In this document: in pieces, positions 40,891-51,052 of the stretch | Position numbering within the stretch: the stretch's first letter is position 1 | How the letters are laid out: every line of letters starts with the position of its first letter | Assembly (NCBI GenBank): GCA_036141595.1 | Contig: JAYZXD010000026.1 | Location: 2,287-66,286 of the forward strand | Direction of reading: 5' to 3' | DNA length: 64,000 bases | Origin: Bacteroidota bacterium | GTDB taxonomy: Bacteria > Bacteroidota > Bacteroidia > Flavobacteriales > BACL11 | Notes under the pieces: generated by a model | Databases searched by the model: none | What the model was told of the DNA's origin: nothing | The model's input: the letters and a program-made list of their open reading frames with translations, nothing else | Made by a program: the position numbers and the translations under genes

Positions 40891-43821
40891 ATGAGATGTT
40901 TTGCATACGTTTTTATTTTTTTTGTACTTTTTTTAAGTAAATATCAGCTTGTGTATGCTCAAAAAAGTACGGTTTTTTTATCAGAAGATACTCATTGGGC
41001 AGATAGTATATTGTCTAAGTTGAGTGATGAGGAAAAGATAGCACAGTTATTAATGGTCGCTGCTTATTCTAATAAAGACGATAATCATAAGACGTATGTG
41101 TCAGAATTAATTAAGAAATATAAAATAGGGGGATTAATGTTTTTGCAAGGAGGGCCTGTTAGACAAGCTAAACTTACAAATTATTATCAATCTATTTCTA
41201 AAACACCACTAATGATTGCTATTGATGCAGAGTGGGGAGTTGCAATGAGACTAGATTCATGTTTACGTTTTCCATGGCAAATGACATTAGGCGCTACTAG
41301 CGACAAAAGTTTAATTTATGATATGGGTGTAGAAATTGCACGTCAATGTAAGATACTTGGTATACATATAAACTTTGCTCCAGTAGTAGACGTGAATTCT
41401 AATCCTAATAATCCAATTATTAATAATCGGTCTTTTGGAGAGAACCCTGTCAAAGTTGGAGAGTTGTCAACAGCATACATGAACGGGATGCAGGATAACA
41501 ATGTTTTAGCATGTGCCAAGCATTTTCCCGGTCACGGAGATACAGATGATGATTCTCATAAAACTTTACCCGTAGTTGAAAAGAGTAAAAAAGAGCTAGA
41601 TATTGTTGAATTACTTCCTTATAAAATGTTAATTGATAGCGGACTTGGCTCTGTTATGACAGCTCACTTGCATATACCTTCATTAGACAACACAAAAGAT
41701 CTAGCAGTTTCATTGTCCAAAAAGGTAGTTGAAGGTTTGTTAAAAAATGAAATGGGTTTTGAAGGTCTTGCCATTACTGATGCTTTAAATATGAAAGGGG
41801 TTAGTCAATTTTACAAGCCTGGTGAAGTAGATGTCATGGCATTACTTGCGGGTAATGATGTTTTGTTATTTGCTGAAGACGTGCCAAAAGCAATAGAGAA
41901 TATAAAACTAGCTATAAAACAAAATAAAATATCTCAAGATGAAATAGATGCTAGGTGTAAAAAAGTACTTATGGCAAAAAAGTGGATGGGTTTAGATAAA
42001 TATGAGCCTGTTAATATTAACACAATAAAACAGGAAATCATTACAAAAAATACAGAAGTCATTAACAGAAAATTAGTTCAGTCTTCTTTAACTTTATTGC
42101 AGAATTATGATGATTTATTACCATTACAAAATTTAGATACATTGAACATTGCTTCAGTTTGTATTGGAGAAAACACATCTGTGTTTCAACAGGTTCTATC
42201 AAAGTATACAAAGGTTACTCATTTTACAATTTCTGAGAATGCAAGTTCAAAAGAACAAGCACTTTTATTAAATAAATTATCTGAATTTAATCTTGTTATA
42301 GCTAGTGTACATAAATCAAATTTAAACCCTTGGAAGTCATATAAAATTAATAGAAATACAGATATCTTTTTGCAATCTGTAGCTATGCAGTCAAAGGTTA
42401 TTCTTGCAATTTTTGCTAACCCTTACAGTTTAAATTCTCTTTTCATTACTAATAATTTTGATGCATTAGTTTTATCATACCAAAATAGTGAGATTGCTCA
42501 AGATAAAACAGCTCAGGCTATTTTTGGAGGTTTTGCTTTTAAAGGTAAAATACCTGTGTCAACTAAACACTTTAATTTAAATCAAGGAATTAAAACATAT
42601 CCTATAAGAATGCGTTATGTTATTCCAGAAGAAATAAACTTTAAATCTGAAAATTTATATAAAATTGACAGTATTGTTGAAAGTGCAATTTCTGAAAAAG
42701 CGACGCCAGGATGTCAAGTTTTAATCGTTAAAGACGGTAATGTTTTCTTTAACAAAGCATATGGTTATCACACCTACCAAAAAAAAAATCATGTCTTGAC
42801 AACTGATGTTTATGATGTTGCTTCTATTACAAAGATCGTTGCTACACTACCACTTCTTATGAAAATGGTTGATAGTGGATATTTAGATTTAGAAAAGACA
42901 TTGGGTGATTATTTAGACTTAGATTCTACAAATAAAGATACATTAGTTCTTAGAGATATTTTAGCTCATCAGTCTGGATTAAAGCCATGGATACCTTTTT
43001 ATACAGAAACTTTAAACTCAGATTCTACTGGTCTATTTACATTGAGAGACACATTATACAGTGAAATTAAAGACACAACTTTTACAATTCAGGTTGCAAA
43101 TAATCTTTTTTTACACAATAACTATCCTGATTCAATTATAGATCAAATTGTACAGTCTGATTTATTGAATAAGAGTAAATACAAATATTCTGACTTAGGT
43201 TATTACTTTTTTAAAAAAATTATTGAGGATTATTATCAATTAAGTTTGGATAAAATACTCGAAAGTAAATTTTATAAAAGTATTGGGATGCAAAGTCTAG
43301 GATATAACCCTTTAGAACGAATTAATTCTTCAAGAATTATACCAACAGAATTGGATTTTGTTTTTAGAAGTCAATTATTAAAAGGCTATGTCCATGATCA
43401 AGGTGCAGCTATGCAGGGTGGTGTTGGTGGGCATGCCGGTATTTTTGCAAATTCAAATGATTTAGCTAAAATTATGCAAATGTATCTTCAAGATGGAGAA
43501 TATGCTAACCAAAAGTATATTTCTAAAAAAACACTCAAAGAATTTACTAAGTGCCAGTTTCCCGAAGATGATAATAGAAGAGGTGCTGGTTTTGACAAGC
43601 CAGTTTTAGATGATAAATTAGCAGGTCCAACTTGTAAGGGAATTTCAAAAAACAGTTTTGGGCATAGTGGTTTTACAGGTACTTTAGTTTGGGCTGACCC
43701 CAGCACAAATATCATTTATGTTTTTCTTTCTAACAGAATTCATCCGGACGCCGAGAATAAAAAACTCATTAAAATGAATATTAGAACGGAGATAATGAAA
43801 GTAATTTACGATAGTATATGA
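40891..43821 (+). CDS. Glycoside hydrolase family 3 (NagZ-like beta-N-acetylhexosaminidase) fused to a serine beta-lactamase/PBP4*-like hydrolase domain
   Basis: 976 aa with a signal peptide. The GH3 motif is KHFPGHGDTDDDSHK. The C-terminal half carries an SxxK motif (VASITK) and a late HSGFTG (KTG-like) box. Confidence 0.75.
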   Translation: MRCFAYVFIFFVLFLSKYQLVYAQKSTVFLSEDTHWADSILSKLSDEEKIAQLLMVAAYSNKDDNHKTYVSELIKKYKIGGLMFLQGGPVRQAKLTNYYQSISKTPLMIAIDAEWGVAMRLDSCLRFPWQMTLGATSDKSLIYDMGVEIARQCKILGIHINFAPVVDVNSNPNNPIINNRSFGENPVKVGELSTAYMNGMQDNNVLACAKHFPGHGDTDDDSHKTLPVVEKSKKELDIVELLPYKMLIDSGLGSVMTAHLHIPSLDNTKDLAVSLSKKVVEGLLKNEMGFEGLAITDALNMKGVSQFYKPGEVDVMALLAGNDVLLFAEDVPKAIENIKLAIKQNKISQDEIDARCKKVLMAKKWMGLDKYEPVNINTIKQEIITKNTEVINRKLVQSSLTLLQNYDDLLPLQNLDTLNIASVCIGENTSVFQQVLSKYTKVTHFTISENASSKEQALLLNKLSEFNLVIASVHKSNLNPWKSYKINRNTDIFLQSVAMQSKVILAIFANPYSLNSLFITNNFDALVLSYQNSEIAQDKTAQAIFGGFAFKGKIPVSTKHFNLNQGIKTYPIRMRYVIPEEINFKSENLYKIDSIVESAISEKATPGCQVLIVKDGNVFFNKAYGYHTYQKKNHVLTTDVYDVASITKIVATLPLLMKMVDSGYLDLEKTLGDYLDLDSTNKDTLVLRDILAHQSGLKPWIPFYTETLNSDSTGLFTLRDTLYSEIKDTTFTIQVANNLFLHNNYPDSIIDQIVQSDLLNKSKYKYSDLGYYFFKKIIEDYYQLSLDKILESKFYKSIGMQSLGYNPLERINSSRIIPTELDFVFRSQLLKGYVHDQGAAMQGGVGGHAGIFANSNDLAKIMQMYLQDGEYANQKYISKKTLKEFTKCQFPEDDNRRGAGFDKPVLDDKLAGPTCKGISKNSFGHSGFTGTLVWADPSTNIIYVFLSNRIHPDAENKKLIKMNIRTEIMKVIYDSI

Positions 43822-44966
43822 ACGAAAATTTAAAAATAGGAGTTGTCTGTTATCCAACTTATGGAGGAAGTGGTGTTATTGCAACTGAACTTGGTATTGC
43901 ACTAGCAAAAAAAGGTCATGAGGTTCATTTTATATCTTATGACCAACCCTTTCGTTTAGATATATTTTCTGAAAATATACATTATCATGAAGTATTAGTT
44001 CCTGACTATCCATTATTTGAATATGCTCCTTATGAACTTAATTTAACATCTAAGCTTGTTGATGTTGCTATTCATGAGAAATTAAATCTTTTACATGTTC
44101 ATTATGCCATACCACATGCTTCAGCTGCTGTAAACGCACAACAAATTTTACTTTCTTATGGTATCAAGATTCCCATTGTTACTACTTTACATGGGACAGA
44201 TATTACTTTACTAGGGAAAGACAAGTCTTTTAAACCTGTAATTGAATATGCTATTAATAAATCTGATGCAATAACTGTAGTATCAGAAAGTTTAAAAAAG
44301 GATACACTGAAGAATTTTAATATAACTAAGAAAATAAATACAATTTCTAATTTTATTGACATCAATATATATAAAAATAATTATGATGTTACTTTGAAAA
44401 AAACATTTGTTAAGAATGATGAATATCTTATAACACATATTTCTAATTTTAGGAAAGTAAAGCGAGTATGTGATGTTATTAGAATTTTTCAAAAGGTAAA
44501 TTCAAAAATTCCATCAAAACTATTGATGATAGGAGATGGCCCAGATAGAATTAGAGCTGAAACTCTTGCTCGAGATTTAGGAATTGAAGACAAAGTACGT
44601 TTTTTAGGAAAAATTAATATTACATACAAAATTTTAGCTTGTTCTGATATTTTCGTTTTACCATCAGAATCTGAAAGTTTTGGATTAGTTGCTTTAGAGG
44701 CGATGGCTAGTAAGAATGCGATAGTGTCAACAAATATTGGTGGTATTTCTGAACTAAATATTGATAAAAAAACAGGTTTCTTGTCAAAAGTAGGTGACAT
44801 TGAAAAGATGACAAATGATATAATTTTGTTATTACAAAAACCAGTGCTTTTAGAAAAATTTAAAACAAATGCTTATGAAAGATCTTCTAAATTTGATTTA
44901 CAAGAAATTCTTCCTATGTATTTAAATATCTATTATGAATTATGCAAACCTCAAAATATAAAGTAA
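43818..44966 (+). CDS. bshA: N-acetyl-alpha-D-glucosaminyl L-malate synthase (bacillithiol biosynthesis glycosyltransferase, GT4)
   Basis: 382 aa, colinear by eye with Bacillus BshA. Matching blocks are KIGVVCYPTYGGSGVIATELG...GHEVHFIS..PFRL, HVHYAIPHA, VTTLHGTDITLLG and ESFGLVALEAMA. It overlaps the upstream stop with ATGA. Confidence 0.8.
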   Translation: MNENLKIGVVCYPTYGGSGVIATELGIALAKKGHEVHFISYDQPFRLDIFSENIHYHEVLVPDYPLFEYAPYELNLTSKLVDVAIHEKLNLLHVHYAIPHASAAVNAQQILLSYGIKIPIVTTLHGTDITLLGKDKSFKPVIEYAINKSDAITVVSESLKKDTLKNFNITKKINTISNFIDINIYKNNYDVTLKKTFVKNDEYLITHISNFRKVKRVCDVIRIFQKVNSKIPSKLLMIGDGPDRIRAETLARDLGIEDKVRFLGKINITYKILACSDIFVLPSESESFGLVALEAMASKNAIVSTNIGGISELNIDKKTGFLSKVGDIEKMTNDIILLLQKPVLLEKFKTNAYERSSKFDLQEILPMYLNIYYELCKPQNIK

Positions 44967-45544
44967 TAGGCTTAACCGGAGGCATTGGGTCAGGTAAGAC
45001 ATTTGTTTCAAATATTTTTAAAAGGTTAGGTATTCCTGTTTTTAATGCTGATTATGAGGCAAAAAAAATAATGCATCAATCTTTAGATTTGAAAAATAAA
45101 ATTATTAAAGCATTTGGTGATGAGATTTACAAAGATAATCAACTTCAAAAAAAACTTTTGTCTAAACTCATTTTCAATAATGAAAAAAAATTAACTTTAT
45201 TGAACAGTCTGGTACATCCTTATGTATTTAAAAGATTTAACCAGTGGTGTTTAAATAGTCAATCACCAATACTTTTAAAAGAGTCAGCTATTTTATTTGA
45301 AAGTCATTCTAATAGAAAATGCGATAAAGTTATTTGTGTTGTTGCTTCCAAATCGATTAGAATTGCTAGGGTAATGAAAAGGGATAATGTAGATAAAAAT
45401 CATGTTCAATCAATAATTAGCTCGCAAATTAGTCAAAAAGATAAAGTAAAAAAGTCAGACTATTCAATTAATAACAATGAATCAGAGCTAATTTTACCGC
45501 AAATTATCGAAATTATTAATAACATTAAGTCTACGATTAGTTAA
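44942..45544 (+). CDS. coaE: Dephospho-CoA kinase
   Basis: 200 aa. VIGLTGGIGSGKT Walker A. Typical length. It overlaps the 3' end of bshA by 25 nt. Confidence 0.85.
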   Translation: MQTSKYKVIGLTGGIGSGKTFVSNIFKRLGIPVFNADYEAKKIMHQSLDLKNKIIKAFGDEIYKDNQLQKKLLSKLIFNNEKKLTLLNSLVHPYVFKRFNQWCLNSQSPILLKESAILFESHSNRKCDKVICVVASKSIRIARVMKRDNVDKNHVQSIISSQISQKDKVKKSDYSINNNESELILPQIIEIINNIKSTIS

Positions 45545-45656
45545 AAAGTAATTTTATAACATAGAATAAAATTGCTAAATCTATAAACAAAAGTAACCCA
45601 AATAAAGTAGGATTTATTTCATATAGCTCTTTTAGTTTTTCCCAAATATTTTTCAT
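45537..45656 (-). CDS. Candidate small membrane protein (39 aa), translationally coupled to rlmD
   Basis: Hand translation of the minus strand gives MKNIWEKLKELYEINPTLFGLLLFIDLAILFYVIKLLFN*. Its ATG overlaps the rlmD TGA (ATGA). It has an amphipathic N-terminus and one hydrophobic helix. It is shorter than the shortest entries in the supplied ORF track (about 60 aa). Its 3' end overlaps the convergent coaE stop region by 8 nt. Confidence 0.3.
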   Translation of the reverse strand: MKNIWEKLKELYEINPTLFGLLLFIDLAILFYVIKLLFN

Positions 45657-47077
45657 TGTATATTTTTTGTAAAATGTTCTAAAACTAGTATGTTTTCCAC
45701 GTGATGAGTTTGTGGAAACATATCAACTGGTTGAATATTTTTAACTACGTATTGTTCTTTAAGTAATGATAAGTCTCTTGCTTGTGTTGCCGAATTGCAA
45801 CTCACATAAACTATTCTTTTAGGTTGGATTTTTAGTATCTGTTGAACTACTTTTTTGTGCATTCCATCTCTTGGTGGGTCTGTAATTATCAGATCAGGAC
45901 TTTCATTTGCTTTTATAAAATCTTCGGAAAATATTTCTTTCATGTCACCTGTAAAGAAAGAGCAGTTTTTTATATTATTTTTTTTGGCATTTTCTACTGC
46001 TGCAACTATTCCTTCTTGTACTGAATCAATACCAATAACTTTTTTTGCATCCTTAGCTATGTATTGGGCTATTGTTCCAGTTCCAGTATATAAGTCATAT
46101 ACAATATCTGACTTTTTAATTTTAGCTAATTCTTTTGTTTTTTGGTACAAAATTTTTGTTTGTTTGATGTTTGTTTGAAAAAATGTTTTTGCTCCTATTT
46201 TAAATTCTAGTTCATCAATTTTTTCAGTTATATGGTCCTTGCCATGATAGCATATAATCTTTTGATCATAGATAGTGTTATTTGCTTTTTGATTGATAGT
46301 ATATAATAGAGATGTAACACTTGAAAAAGAGTTTTTAATATGTTCAAGAAGATATTTAATTTGTTTTGGATTATTTTCAAAAAATTGTACAAGAACCATG
46401 AACTCATTCGTCGAGGATATTCTAATTAGTAAATTTCTAAGAAGACCTTTTTGTTCTTTTAAATCAAAAAAAGTTAAATTATGTTTTTCAGCAAATTTTT
46501 TAACAGATAATCTAATTGAATTTGAAGGTTCTTTTTGTAGATGACAATTATTTATATCCAATACTTTGTCAAACATTCCTGGAATATGAAACCCTAAACT
46601 ATTTTTATTTTTTATTTCTTTTTTTGATTTTATTTCATCTGAACTCAACCATCTTTTATTAGAAAATGTAAATTCCATTTTATTTCTGTAATAATATTGA
46701 TCTTCACATCCAATAATGGTATTGATTTTTTTTAAACTAACTCCTCCTATTTTAATTAAATTATTAAGAATCTCTTTTTCTTTAAATTCTAGCTGAGATT
46801 GGTAATTCATATTTTGCCATTTGCATCCACCACAACTACCAAAGTGTTCGCATTTTGGTTTGATTCTCCTTTTTGAATAACTTATAGTCTTTTCTATTTT
46901 TGCTTCCCAGTATTTGCGTTTTTTTTTAAATACTACAATATCACATATATCTCCTGGTACACCTTTATGCACAAAAATTACTTTACCATCATGCCTGGCT
47001 ACTGATTTGCCTTTGGATGCAATATCTGTTATTAAAATTTGTTTTAACAACATAGGTTTTTTGTTTCTTCTTGCCAT
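45653..47077 (-). CDS. rlmD: 23S rRNA (uracil-C5)-methyltransferase RlmD/RumA family
   Basis: 474 aa. It has an N-terminal TRAM domain and Fe-S Cys ligands (CEHFGSCGGCKWQ plus a later NNCHL). The SAM motif is DLYTGTGTI and the catalytic region is YVSCNSAT. Confidence 0.85.
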   Translation of the reverse strand: MARRNKKPMLLKQILITDIASKGKSVARHDGKVIFVHKGVPGDICDIVVFKKKRKYWEAKIEKTISYSKRRIKPKCEHFGSCGGCKWQNMNYQSQLEFKEKEILNNLIKIGGVSLKKINTIIGCEDQYYYRNKMEFTFSNKRWLSSDEIKSKKEIKNKNSLGFHIPGMFDKVLDINNCHLQKEPSNSIRLSVKKFAEKHNLTFFDLKEQKGLLRNLLIRISSTNEFMVLVQFFENNPKQIKYLLEHIKNSFSSVTSLLYTINQKANNTIYDQKIICYHGKDHITEKIDELEFKIGAKTFFQTNIKQTKILYQKTKELAKIKKSDIVYDLYTGTGTIAQYIAKDAKKVIGIDSVQEGIVAAVENAKKNNIKNCSFFTGDMKEIFSEDFIKANESPDLIITDPPRDGMHKKVVQQILKIQPKRIVYVSCNSATQARDLSLLKEQYVVKNIQPVDMFPQTHHVENILVLEHFTKNIQ

Positions 47078-47137
47078 TTTGTAAAGTTATATATTTACTT
47101 ATTAATACTGTATATTTGCAATAGTAAATAACACAAA

Positions 47138-48349
47138 ATGAATTCATCAAAATACTACATAAACTTAGAACATGAGTATGGGGCTCATAATTACCATCCG
47201 CTACCAGTTGTTTTAGCTAGGGGGGAAGGTGTATTTGTATGGGATGTAGAAGGTAATAAATATTACGATTTTCTCTCTGCATATTCTGCTGTAAATCAAG
47301 GGCACTCTCACCCAAAAATTATACAAGCTTTAAAAGAGCAGGCAGATATTTTAACTCTTACTTCAAGAGCCTTTCATAATAATACTTTGGGTGAATATGA
47401 AAAATATATAACTGAATATTTTGGCTATGAAAAGGTATTACCCATGAATACCGGAGTTGAAGGAGGAGAGACTGCTAATAAGTTGGCTAGAAAGTGGGGG
47501 TATATGAAAAAAGGAATTCCAAATAATAAAGCAAGAATAATTTTTGCTAAAGGTAATTTTTGGGGGAGAACATTAGCAGCTATTTCTTCATCTGACGATC
47601 CATTATCATATGAAGGATTTGGACCATATATGCCAGGATACGATTTAATTCCATATGATGATTTAGATGCACTTGAAAAAGAGTTTAAGGATCCAAATGT
47701 AGCGGCATTTATGGTTGAACCTATTCAGGGAGAGGCAGGAGTTATTGTTCCATCAGACGGTTATTTATCTGGTGTTAGAAAATTATGTGATAAATACAAT
47801 GTATTATTTATTGCCGATGAAGTTCAAACAGGAATAGCTCGAACAGGAAAATTGTTAGCAACTGATTACGAAGATGCTCGTCCAGATATTTTAGTTTTAG
47901 GTAAGGCCCTTTCCGGCGGTGTTTTTCCAGTTTCTGCTGTTTTAGCAGATAATGAAATAATGATGTGTATAAAGCCTGGTGAACATGGTTCCACTTATGG
48001 AGGTAATCCATTGGCTAATAAAGTTGCTGTTGCAGCATTAGAAGTTATTAAGCATGAAAGATTAGCCGAAAACGCGCTAATTTTAGGAAATATTTTGAGA
48101 GATGAGCTTAAAAAAATAAGTTCTGATATGATAACTACAGTAAGAGGAAAAGGTTTGTTAAATGCAATTGTTATAAAACCCAAAAATGGAAAGGATGCAT
48201 GGGACGTATGCTTAAAGTTAAGAGATAATGGTTTACTAGCAAAACCAACCCATGGTGATATCATTAGATTCGCACCTCCTTTGATTATAACTGAAAAACA
48301 ATTACATGAATGTATTTCTATAATTAAAAAAACAATACTTTCATTTTAA
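47138..48349 (+). CDS. rocD: Ornithine aminotransferase (ornithine--oxo-acid transaminase)
   Basis: 403 aa. Class III aminotransferase with strong OAT-like blocks: [55 protein letters not shown] and the PLP-Lys region LGKALSGG. Confidence 0.85.
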   Translation: MNSSKYYINLEHEYGAHNYHPLPVVLARGEGVFVWDVEGNKYYDFLSAYSAVNQGHSHPKIIQALKEQADILTLTSRAFHNNTLGEYEKYITEYFGYEKVLPMNTGVEGGETANKLARKWGYMKKGIPNNKARIIFAKGNFWGRTLAAISSSDDPLSYEGFGPYMPGYDLIPYDDLDALEKEFKDPNVAAFMVEPIQGEAGVIVPSDGYLSGVRKLCDKYNVLFIADEVQTGIARTGKLLATDYEDARPDILVLGKALSGGVFPVSAVLADNEIMMCIKPGEHGSTYGGNPLANKVAVAALEVIKHERLAENALILGNILRDELKKISSDMITTVRGKGLLNAIVIKPKNGKDAWDVCLKLRDNGLLAKPTHGDIIRFAPPLIITEKQLHECISIIKKTILSF

Positions 48350-48351
48350 AC

Positions 48352-48843
48352 ATGAGTAAAAAATTAAAAACAGTTGATGAGATTGTCAATAAATATTCTG
48401 TTGATAGTAGCCCCCTTAAAAAAAAGTTATTTGTTTTTTTAGGGTTTTTGTTTGTTGTTTTTGCCATCATTGGAATTTGGATTCCTGGATGGCCTACTGT
48501 TTCTTGGGCAGTGCCTGCTGCGTTTTTATTTTCTTTATCTAGTAAAAGACTTTTTGTCTGGACACTATCAAACCGTTTTTTTGGTGCAGCAATTTTTGAT
48601 TATTATGCATCTGGAAAAACTTTAACAAGTAAGGTTAAAAATATTATTATGCTAATGGTTGCATTTATGACTATAATGTCATCTATTTTTGTTTTTGTGC
48701 TTTCGACACTTGGCAACGGAGATATATTTGATTATACAAGTTGGGACGGAAAAGACGAATATGCTCTAGGTTCTTTATCTATTTTAATTTCTGGATTAAT
48801 AGGAGTTTTGTATATTTATAAAATTAATTTAAGAAAAAAATGA
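48352..48843 (+). CDS. DUF454 (YbaN-like) inner-membrane protein
   Basis: 163 aa. GIWIPGWPTVSWAVPAAFLFSLSSKRL is typical of YbaN/DUF454. It has four hydrophobic segments. Confidence 0.65.
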   Translation: MSKKLKTVDEIVNKYSVDSSPLKKKLFVFLGFLFVVFAIIGIWIPGWPTVSWAVPAAFLFSLSSKRLFVWTLSNRFFGAAIFDYYASGKTLTSKVKNIIMLMVAFMTIMSSIFVFVLSTLGNGDIFDYTSWDGKDEYALGSLSILISGLIGVLYIYKINLRKK

Positions 48844-51047
48844 GAATAAGTAATTTAATAGTTTTATTTTTTTGCTTCATATTGAATGCAAAGTCTCAGT
48901 CTAATATAGTTGGTAAAGTTTTTGAATTTTCAAGTAGTGGTGATACAATTCCTATTTTTAGTGCAAATGTATACTGGAAAAATTCAACAATTGGAACAAC
49001 TACAGACAAAAATGGTGTTTTTACTTTAAGAAATATAAGTGATGATTTATCTGATATAGATGTTAGTTATGTTGGTTATAATTTATTAAGTACTCAGTTT
49101 ATAGATAATACTCTTTTTGTTGTAATGCAGAATTCAGTAGACTTAAAAGATGTTGAAATAAATGAGAAAGTAAATGCAACTCAAATTTCTTTAATAAATC
49201 CTGTAAATACCCAAACAATAACTGTTAAAGAAATTCACAAAGCTGCTTGTTGTAATCTGTCAGAAACTTTTGAAACAAATAATTCAGTTGATGTTACTTA
49301 TTCTGATGCAGTTAGTGGTATCAAACAAATTAAAATGTTAGGTTTAGCGGGTAATTATGTTCAAATTACAAGCGAACTACTTCCATTAGTTAGAGGGATG
49401 CAAAGATCTTATGGTATGACTTATGTGCCTGGAGCTTGGATCGAAAATATTCAAATTACTAAGGGGTCTGCTTCAGTAGTTAATGGTTTTGAATCTTTAA
49501 CAGGACAGATCAATGTTGAATACTTTAAACCAGAAGATTCATCAGATAAAATTAAATTAAATTTATACGCAAGTTTGATGGGGAAATTAGAAAAAAATTT
49601 AATTTTAACTAAACATTATGATAAATGGAGCTCAAATTTATTTACTCATGTGAGTTATTTTGATAAAGAAATTGACCATCATGGAATTAGTTTAAATTCA
49701 TCTGAAAACGGAGATGGTTTCATTGACATGCCCAAATTCAAACAATTTAATATTATCAATAGATGGCAATATAATGGATCTAATAAATTAAAATATCAAA
49801 TAAATTTTAGAGGTGTTTTCGAGGAAAGATTAGCTGGTCAAATCACATCAATTGATAACCCATACAAAGCTGATATAAATAATAATATACTTCAAGTGTA
49901 TGGTAAGTTAGGTTATATTAGCGATACAGCAAAAAGTATAGGATCTCAGTATAGTTTTACCTCGCATAAAATAGATGCAGTTTTCGGTAATAATAAATAT
50001 GATGCAACACAGGAAAGCATATCATTTAATTTTATTAGCGAAGAACAAACAAATGAATTTAATCTAATAAAGTATGGTTCAAGTTATTTTGCTGATAGAT
50101 ATGTTGAGTCATTTACAGGAAATATATCAAACCCTTTTAATAACCAAAGACGAGTTGACTTAGTTTCTGGAGTTTTTCTGGAGCATCAATATGAAAAACA
50201 AAAGTTAAATTTGATTTCAGGTATTAGATCAGATTATTACAATAATAAAAATAAGATTTATGTCTTGCCAAGATTTAATTTAAAGTACAGCGCCAATGAT
50301 AATACAGCTCTAAGAATTTCAGCAGGTAGATCTTTTCGTATATCAAATATCTTTTCTGAGAATCTACAATATTTAGCATCATCACGACTTATATTTAATG
50401 ATTATACACTTGATCCGGAAGTTGGATGGAATTATGGCTTAAATTTGTCACATTGCTTTTACTTTCTAGATAATGAAGGAGTTTTAAATGTAGATTTATA
50501 TCGAACAGTATTTAATAATCAGATTATCGTTAATCTTGAAGAAAGAAATGCATTACAATTTAGTAATCTTAATGGAGTATCATATTCAAATGTACTACAA
50601 ATTGATGCAGACTACAATATTTTATATAATTTGAGTTTACGTTTAAGCTACAAATTAAATAATTCTATTTCTACATATAATAATATAGAAAAGGAACTGC
50701 CTCTACAACCATTAAGTAGAGCGTTAATAAATCTATCATACGAAACTAATGATGAAAAACTGTTGTTTGATATTACACTAAATTACAATGGAAAGAGCAG
50801 ACTTCCTGAAAACTTAGTTTCAAATGAAAAATTTTCTGATCCATTTTTAATTTTAAATAATCAAGTTACTTATAAGTTTGAGTCATTTGATTTATATTTA
50901 GGTGGAGAAAATATTACTAATTTTACTCAGCCTAATCCAATAATAGATTCTGAAAATCCTTTTGGTAATGATTTTGATGCTGCATTAATATGGGCACCAG
51001 TTATGGGAAGGAGTTTTTATTTAGGTGCCAGATATAACTTTAATTAA
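48840..51047 (+). CDS. TonB-dependent outer-membrane receptor with N-terminal carboxypeptidase-regulatory-like domain
   Basis: 735 aa with a signal peptide. The CarboxypepD_reg-like N-terminus is VGKVFE...ANVYWKNSTIGTTTDKNGVFTL. The plug region is GIKQIKMLGLAGNYVQIT and the terminal aromatic beta-strand is FYLGARYNFN. It overlaps the ybaN-like gene with ATGA. Confidence 0.8.
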   Translation: MRISNLIVLFFCFILNAKSQSNIVGKVFEFSSSGDTIPIFSANVYWKNSTIGTTTDKNGVFTLRNISDDLSDIDVSYVGYNLLSTQFIDNTLFVVMQNSVDLKDVEINEKVNATQISLINPVNTQTITVKEIHKAACCNLSETFETNNSVDVTYSDAVSGIKQIKMLGLAGNYVQITSELLPLVRGMQRSYGMTYVPGAWIENIQITKGSASVVNGFESLTGQINVEYFKPEDSSDKIKLNLYASLMGKLEKNLILTKHYDKWSSNLFTHVSYFDKEIDHHGISLNSSENGDGFIDMPKFKQFNIINRWQYNGSNKLKYQINFRGVFEERLAGQITSIDNPYKADINNNILQVYGKLGYISDTAKSIGSQYSFTSHKIDAVFGNNKYDATQESISFNFISEEQTNEFNLIKYGSSYFADRYVESFTGNISNPFNNQRRVDLVSGVFLEHQYEKQKLNLISGIRSDYYNNKNKIYVLPRFNLKYSANDNTALRISAGRSFRISNIFSENLQYLASSRLIFNDYTLDPEVGWNYGLNLSHCFYFLDNEGVLNVDLYRTVFNNQIIVNLEERNALQFSNLNGVSYSNVLQIDADYNILYNLSLRLSYKLNNSISTYNNIEKELPLQPLSRALINLSYETNDEKLLFDITLNYNGKSRLPENLVSNEKFSDPFLILNNQVTYKFESFDLYLGGENITNFTQPNPIIDSENPFGNDFDAALIWAPVMGRSFYLGARYNFN

Positions 51048-51052
51048 TATTT

